DNA of 64,000 nt. It comes from Trichosphaerium sp. ATCC 40318 (Eukaryota > Protista > Tubulinea). The notes under the pieces are model-generated. The model saw only the letters and a list, made by a program, of their open reading frames with translations. It did not search any database and was not told the origin of the DNA. The number at the start of each line of letters is the position of its first letter. Position 1 is the first letter of the stretch. A program made the translations under genes and the position numbers. The DNA is taken from the NCBI GenBank assembly GCA_038496445.1, contig JALMLS010000455.1:620001-684000 (forward strand). Reading direction: 5' to 3'. This document shows positions 57,417 through 64,000 of the stretch, in pieces.

Positions 57417-57675
57417 TTGTCACTACATGTACCACATGTCTTGCCTTATTCACACTTGTTCTCGGATACTCGTCAATAATTTCCTGTGTTAATTGTTCAG
57501 TTATAGTCCTTGATTATTCGAGAAGACTACATAACCATTGTATTACACACGAAATAAACAATAGTTCTTAGTTGTAAACAAATTTATAAACAGACCAAAA
57601 GAAGTTCACTGAACCACTAAGTTAAGTTATACTCCGTTGTACAAACCTTCAAGGTTCAGGAAACAATACAATAAA

Positions 57676-59416
57676 TGGAAAAAACAATATCAGAACTACA
57701 GCAGGTAGACATGTACTTACAGCTCATCTAAAAGACTGTATAGTATAAAACGAGACTCCGACACGAATTAGAGATTAGTACAATACGTAGTGGCACAGTA
57801 GAACCGTTTCAAAGGTATGATACGCATCATTGGTGATTAAAATGTGTTTTAACGCAACCTAGCGTACTATCATACATTTTAAACACCAAAGATCCTTTAA
57901 TACATGGTCCTCAATTGTCTATACCACAAAAACGAGCTGTCTTTGCAAAAATAAGACCCAAAACAAGAAGGTGTTACTTTTTCGGTACTGCAGCTTTAAA
58001 CTTTGTCATTGTCTATTGCCAGCTCTATTACACATGAAGTGCTTATAATAACGTGTTGTAGAATGCCCAAATGAGATAATTGTAAAGTTCTTGGATGAAC
58101 TAGGAGGATATGACTTAATTTCTGTTTTATTCTTATGTCGTACTATGTACAACATTGTTAGCAGTGAATCAAGATATACTATAAAATGCGTAAAGTGCAC
58201 TGTACGATGCAATTTGGACTACCATAAAAACCGCACGCGATTGCAATATTATACCTTAACAGGCTTTTTAAGGCAGAGAAAAAAACGATAAGAAGCTTGA
58301 AGGCTTTCTACAAAGATAACGTGAATTATTGGAGTACGTAGTCTTTTCTTCTTACTTTGTCCTTTGTTTGTATATTGTCAAAAATAGCTTATTATCAACC
58401 CTCTTTACCATTCAAATCAAAGAAAGTAAGGTGCATGGACAGATTGCGAAAGCATGAAAGAAAGAAAAATAATGCAATCAACAAACTTATTGCAGAAGAA
58501 GCAAAATGTCGTTACCATTGTGTATCTATTATAGGTGGAAATCGTTCTTCAATTGAATCAAGGAGTACGCATTATGAAACACTTACACATTGCAGTATTT
58601 GACATGCTACAGAGCAAGACTTACTGGAACAGAAAAAAAAAGAAAACAAAAACTTTAAAATATCTCCAGGCTTTTTTGAATGTACCATAAGCCACTTCCG
58701 GTATGTTACTTCTCCCATTTGCCGTTGCAATATATGAACACTCCAATATTTTGAACAGCTAAATACTGAGAGTGTCAAAGAGCTGCATGTGACTCAGAAA
58801 CATCCAGCTCTTTAATTGGTTTTCTTTTCAACATTGGCACTTTTATGAACTTTTTTACTGAAGGTCACGGTTACTTCATGAACATTTGCAACTTCATTCA
58901 TTTGTTAAATAACAATTAACTAAATTTAAAGCATCACATTTCAAGCTTTACAGAGATAAAAGGTCAATATGAGAGATCAAGGCTGGCAAGAGTATATGAC
59001 TGTTATATGGTTGTATTGTTTCAATCACTAATGGATTACATACCAAGATGTGATGATGGAATAACAATGACTCTGTCACTGTCGTCTATTGTTAATTGGA
59101 CAAGAAATCTTGAAAGGAAAAAGAAACAAACCATATTGTTGTTGTACTGGAAGAATTAGAAGAATTCAAAGAAAGTATGAAGAAAGTTCCTCTAAAGACT
59201 GACTTTCCTAAATATGAAGGTACCCTTCATACTGATTAATAGCTCTCAATAATAAGTAAATTTATAGGTGGAGATGACTTTAATAGGGCTATACAGTATA
59301 TTAAAGAACAGTTTACATGGCAAAGTGGAAAGATTGATGTTATGCTTGAAACATCTTTTGGATGGAAGGAAGCACGTCTGTTTGTTAGTAGGGGATATGG
59401 TCCTTTGTTATTTTAA
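57676..59416 (+). CDS. F-box fused to a degenerate G-alpha-like domain (one apparent frameshift; 5' end uncertain)
   Basis: F-box CPNEIIVKFLDEL...LCRTMY; G-alpha-like EIKGQYERSR..., VVLFQSLMDY, FKESMKKVPLKTDFPKYEGGDDFNRAIQYIKEQF; frame change in an A-run near 59120. Confidence 0.65.
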
Positions 59417-59494
59417 AATTGAAATGATCCTTTGATTGATAGTAAGACTAGTCTGTAATTGATAGATTTTAGTGATGTAGGTAACTAGTAAAGT

Positions 59495-60988
59495 TTAAAG
59501 GCTCTGAGAATCAGTCCAACTCTCTGATCCAGAATTATCAAAAAATGATACTGTATTTTGTTCAGGCTCGCCAAGACCAAGATCATCTACTGTAGGTAAA
59601 TCATCTACAGCAGAAGGAGCACTCTTTTTCTTAGAGGTCTCGCTGGACTTTTTTCTTTTGCTCTTTTTCTCCACAGCAGCCTATATTACCAAAATTAAGA
59701 AAATAATGAGATTTGAAGAGAAAAGAACAAAGTTGTCTACAAAGCCAAGGAAGGTTGTTTCATTTTCAAAGTTTACGCACTTTTTTAGCGTTTCTTTCGG
59801 CACGTTTTTCCCTTCGCTTTTTCTTGTCTTCTTTTATTGCTTGCTTATCCTTTGAGGCACGTTCTTTTTTAACTTTTTCAATTTTTTTCTTATTCGCTCT
59901 TTGTTGTGTTGGTGTCTTTGCTACTTTTTGATCAAGCTTACCATAAACTAAACGGTATGAATTAGATATAAATACGTAACTAATAGTATAATAACAGGAA
60001 TATCCACGAGTTAAGAAATTTGCAAAGAAACAAATGTTTCAAAATAAACAAAAAAAAATAGAAATGCGTCATGACAAACCTTCCATAGCCTTTGATTTTT
60101 CGGTTTCCTGTACAAGTTCATCATTTAGAGTAATGAGACTATGTAATCGAGAAATTGTGTACAACCTAAAAGCCCATAAGAACAACGAAATAACGATTCT
60201 TCTGTGGGAAAAAAAAAAAGAAGTAAAAAACACGTGTTTATTTTATTGCTCCAAAACTGGTAAATTCTGTTTCGTTGCAGTGTGGGTGAGGCAAAAAATA
60301 CATGAAGAATACGCATATTAAAGAAATAGATAACATGGTGATAAAAAAAATATTCAAAAAACCGTGATGCTTTATGGGTACCTAAAATCACTATACTGCT
60401 TCGGTGAGCCTCCATTCATGTAGTTAGGGCATGCCTCGTTACCCAACATACTTAGGTGTTCAATATAAGGACAACTAGTAACGAGGGTATCGATGAAAGC
60501 GACCAAGTTGTCAATTTCGTTTTTGTTAACCCTCTCGTAGCGTTAGTACCGCCTAACAGTTGAACTAGATATGGTACGGCAAAAATACATGAAGAATACA
60601 CGAAATATGCGAAATTCGCGACAAATCAAAATCTACAAAATAAGAAAAGGCGCGTACCACAGTGTTTTAAGCTTTGGGAGCGGTGGGAAGAGTGAGAAGG
60701 CGGTCAAGCAATTGCTATCCGCAACAAGTGTCTCTAATTCCACAAAGCTGCGAAGAGCCGATAAATTGCTATTGACGCTCGTTTTAGAAGGAAACCAGCA
60801 ATATTACCAATACCTTATGTTATTATCTGTCAAATCGAGAGTTCGAACATACCGAGCATATAATTGTACTAAAACGTATCAGCCAGAGGCTTCTTAACAA
60901 TCGTACTAATTTTCAATGGAATATCATCAATGTTATTAAAAGCGAGGCTTAAGCGATCACCCTTTAATGGTGACTTTGGACCACTCAT
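59495..60988 (-). CDS. LRMDA: LRMDA (C10orf11)-like LRR protein with Lys-rich tail
   Basis: LDLTDNNI, FPPLPKLKTLWVNKNEI, HLSMLGNEACPNY, YSDFRLYTISRL across 6 in-phase exons. Confidence 0.85.
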
Positions 60989-61171
60989 TGTGACATGTCC
61001 TGTTTTCTCGTGTCAAAACCAGAAGCAATGAAAATCAGAAGCGAAAATCGTTTGGTCTTCAACAGTAATACAGACACTTCTCACTAAGGACCGAGTCACA
61101 CAACAAACTCTTTGGCAGTGTGCAAATGCTTCAAGAGCGCTATAAAGCATTTTAGACAACTACAGATCTGA

Positions 61172-63560
61172 ATGTCTTTTTTACTTGATGACCAGCAAGT
61201 ACGTGCTCTGTGTATCACCGCAGTATTATTTACACGCGCTTTGCTATATAATTTGGGTTATATTGCACTATTCATATAATAAATGTTTTTAGGATGATAT
61301 AAGAGGCCAATTGCTACAAGAGAGAAAGCTTAGACAGAAAGCAGAGCAAAAATATACAAAACTACTTGAACGCGTTAAAAAAGCACAAGCACTACCAACA
61401 GAGATAATAGAGGAAGTGGAAGTATCAGTACCATCCTCACCAGTACGTCGGAGGCTTGTACGCTTTATTTTTTTATTAACTTGTTTTTGCAAAAAAAGGT
61501 TGTCGAACACTCTCAAGGAGACCCTGGTTTAGTAGCTTTGTACTCCCCAAGCTTCCCAAGATCGAAAAAAGTATGAAATGTTTTCTTTTTTCTTTATAAC
61601 TTAATCTTATTATATTATAGCCTGAAGACACTTATTTATCGTCAGCACGCGTTGACAAGTACGTTTGATTTTTTTTGTACCAGTGAAACGGAGCACCAAT
61701 GCTATTCCTGATTTTTGGAGAATTTGATAATCATTGATTTCCTTCTTCATTCATTGTCACAAAACTGATTATCATAGACTTCTGTCAGAATCTAGTAATG
61801 CAAAGGCTGATTTCTCAACTGAAACGGTTACTACAAACAATGCAAACGATCAACAATTGGCAGAATTGAAGCGGTTAAATGAAGAATGCCAAAAATTAAA
61901 AGCAGAAAGAACAGATTTACAAAAACAACTGTTAGATCAATCGGAAGCTATTAGGATTGTACAAGTACGTTTTCTTTGAATACGCGGTATAGTAGAAATG
62001 TCATCTTTGATGCAAAAAAAATTGTTGAGATGAGATAAGCACGCAACAAGCTTGTTGCAAAATTTATTTGTTTACTTTTTATAGCTTATTTTGTGTTGCT
62101 TACTTCTACTTTTTTAGAAAGGTAAAGCAGTATCAGATACCACCCTGGATGTTACTAGAGATTTAACTATTAAACTCAAGGACGCACTGGAAGCTAAAAT
62201 GGAAGAGGTTCGTTGAAAAACTTGACATGAGATCTTTTGAAAGAATTCCTTCTTTGTTCGCTTAACATGATGACATGCATGTATCTCTTTCTAACTCATT
62301 AATCAAGATAATTAAATTAAAACAAGAGATCGAAGAGCTTAAGAAACATGACCAGCGGTATAAGCTTGTATGCAACGAAAAACTGTACGCCCTCTCGACT
62401 TTTTTTAGTTTTAGTCAAAGAACAACTGTTTATTTTTGTGCTAATTTTTTGTGACACAGACAGCTGGAAGTTGATAAAGTTACATGGGGATCAAAGTATA
62501 CTATGATAAACGAAGAAAAGAATAAACTAGCAGCACTTTGTAGAGAAAAGTAAGTTGTCAGCTAAACAGAGAAAAAAAACCACGTCGCCACTGGAGCAAA
62601 ATCTGTTTTCTTCTCTCTGTCTTTTTTTTGGTTTTCCTTCTCTGTTATGCTTCCAGTTATACGTTATGTTAATATTATTCTGTTTAGGGATGAAACTATA
62701 CAAGGTTTAGAGAGTTTAATAGAGTCTAAAGATGATACTATTGAAAAAATGGCAAGAAAGTTGCTTAACTTAAAAAATCGAATAGATAATGTAGAAGTTC
62801 AAATGTGTAAGTTCTTCGTAAAGAAAGTATACAAATTCTTCTACACAAACACTGATGCCACTGTACGTATACACTCATTTCTGAAAATTACAAAAAGAAT
62901 TTCTTAAAAACAAGCCAATTTTCTTGTATTCAAAGAAACCAAACTATCTTGTTTTTTTCAGTTCTACTGTTCTACAAACTTAGTTGTATATCTTACTACC
63001 TTGAATTTATAGTTGGTTGTATCAAAAGCACCTACTACTGCTGTTTATAGCTTGGATATTTTTACAAATGGAAAACGAACAACTCATCCATTTGACACAA
63101 TACAGTCAATTTTAAAACATACAGACTCTACTACACGATTCACAATACAGTATACGGTACGGTTTTAAACTATTTTATGTGTTAAAAAGATACTTGTTAT
63201 TGACAAACCAAAAAACGAAAAAAACAAGAAAAAGTGCCAGTAGATTTATTTTTGAAAGAATTTTTGGTTTTGGATTTTTTGCTTTTGCTTTGACTTAGTT
63301 TCATCTAGGATGCTGGTCATACCGATGTATTCGAGTCAGCTATTAGGGAAGAAGTATTAAACGCCTTATATGGGTACTATAAGAAACATACAAAGACAGC
63401 AAAAAAGAAAAAAGAGCTTCAAGAGCGAAAAGGAAAAAAAGAGTCACCTACAAAATCAAGGCCTCCTTCATCACCTAAAAAGGATATTAATGGGAAAGTA
63501 AATGATGCTGATGCCAAAAAAAGTGGTAAAAAAGTTAGTAATAGCCCTACAAAGGCTTGA
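61172..63560 (+). CDS. Coiled-coil protein with possible C-terminal PH-like domain and basic tail
   Basis: Many short exons with heptad pattern (LLQERKLRQKAE; QQLAELKRLNEE); beta-rich segment FFVKKV..RFTIQY..DVFES..REEVL. Confidence 0.65.
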
Positions 63561-64000
63561 TTTTTCGAAGAAAAAAAAATTAAGGAAAAAAAAAAGTTTT
63601 AAGATCTGTTGTAAATAAAAATTAAGAATAATCCTTCAGCCAGTACTGCTAGTAACACAGCGACATTAAAGAACGACCAAGAAACGACATCTCTCATCTC
63701 CATATTTTTTGACAAGATAGCTCAATTGAACTCTAAGCCCTTATCACCGTAACACTTAGAAATTTACCTGCAAGTTTCGTATAAATTGTTAGTAGAACCA
63801 GTTCCCTATATTGAGATATTAATACGCAAATATTCTGGCTATACAATAGAGTGTACTACGTTTATCAGGCTGAGAAAACTCTTCTCATAGGATATTGGAC
63901 GGTTGGGCTCAGCGAACATGTGAACTTCAAATACATTGCTCAACAAAGTCGTGACTATTGTGGCTGTAGTTATAAAGCACGTGATTAGGTACAGTAATGA

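Noticed and set aside
63640-64000. Possible 3' exons of a minus-strand gene at the window edge
   Set aside because: Frame and product cannot be established.

Overview
AT-rich, gene-dense, very intron-rich nuclear DNA of a microbial eukaryote (gene content suggests an amoeboid protist; taxon not determinable). About 30 spliced genes were assembled by hand across short introns, so exon boundaries are approximate. Recognisable genes: IPNS-like 2OG-Fe(II) oxygenase, prolyl oligopeptidase, a divergent UBA3-like E1, GTP cyclohydrolase I, COQ9, ABHD4/5-like hydrolase, PNRC/Edc1-like decapping activator, macrodomain protein, secreted cyanophycinase-like peptidase head-to-head with a secreted GH32 invertase, and an LRMDA-like protein. 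There are also about seven F-box-like genes (LRR, jacalin and degenerate G-alpha fusions). Most notable: the UBA3-like gene lacks the canonical catalytic Cys and the NEDD8 gate Arg; four GC-AG introns occur, three with an identical GCACGTGAT donor; CACGTG is strongly over-represented; a 36-bp intronic hairpin lies in a SAM/RAMA-like/HMG gene; there is an 8-Cys secreted peptide missed by the ORF track; and there is a recent exon-shuffled chimera. No rRNA, tRNA, CRISPR array or intact transposase was seen. All family assignments are from motif recognition, not database searches.
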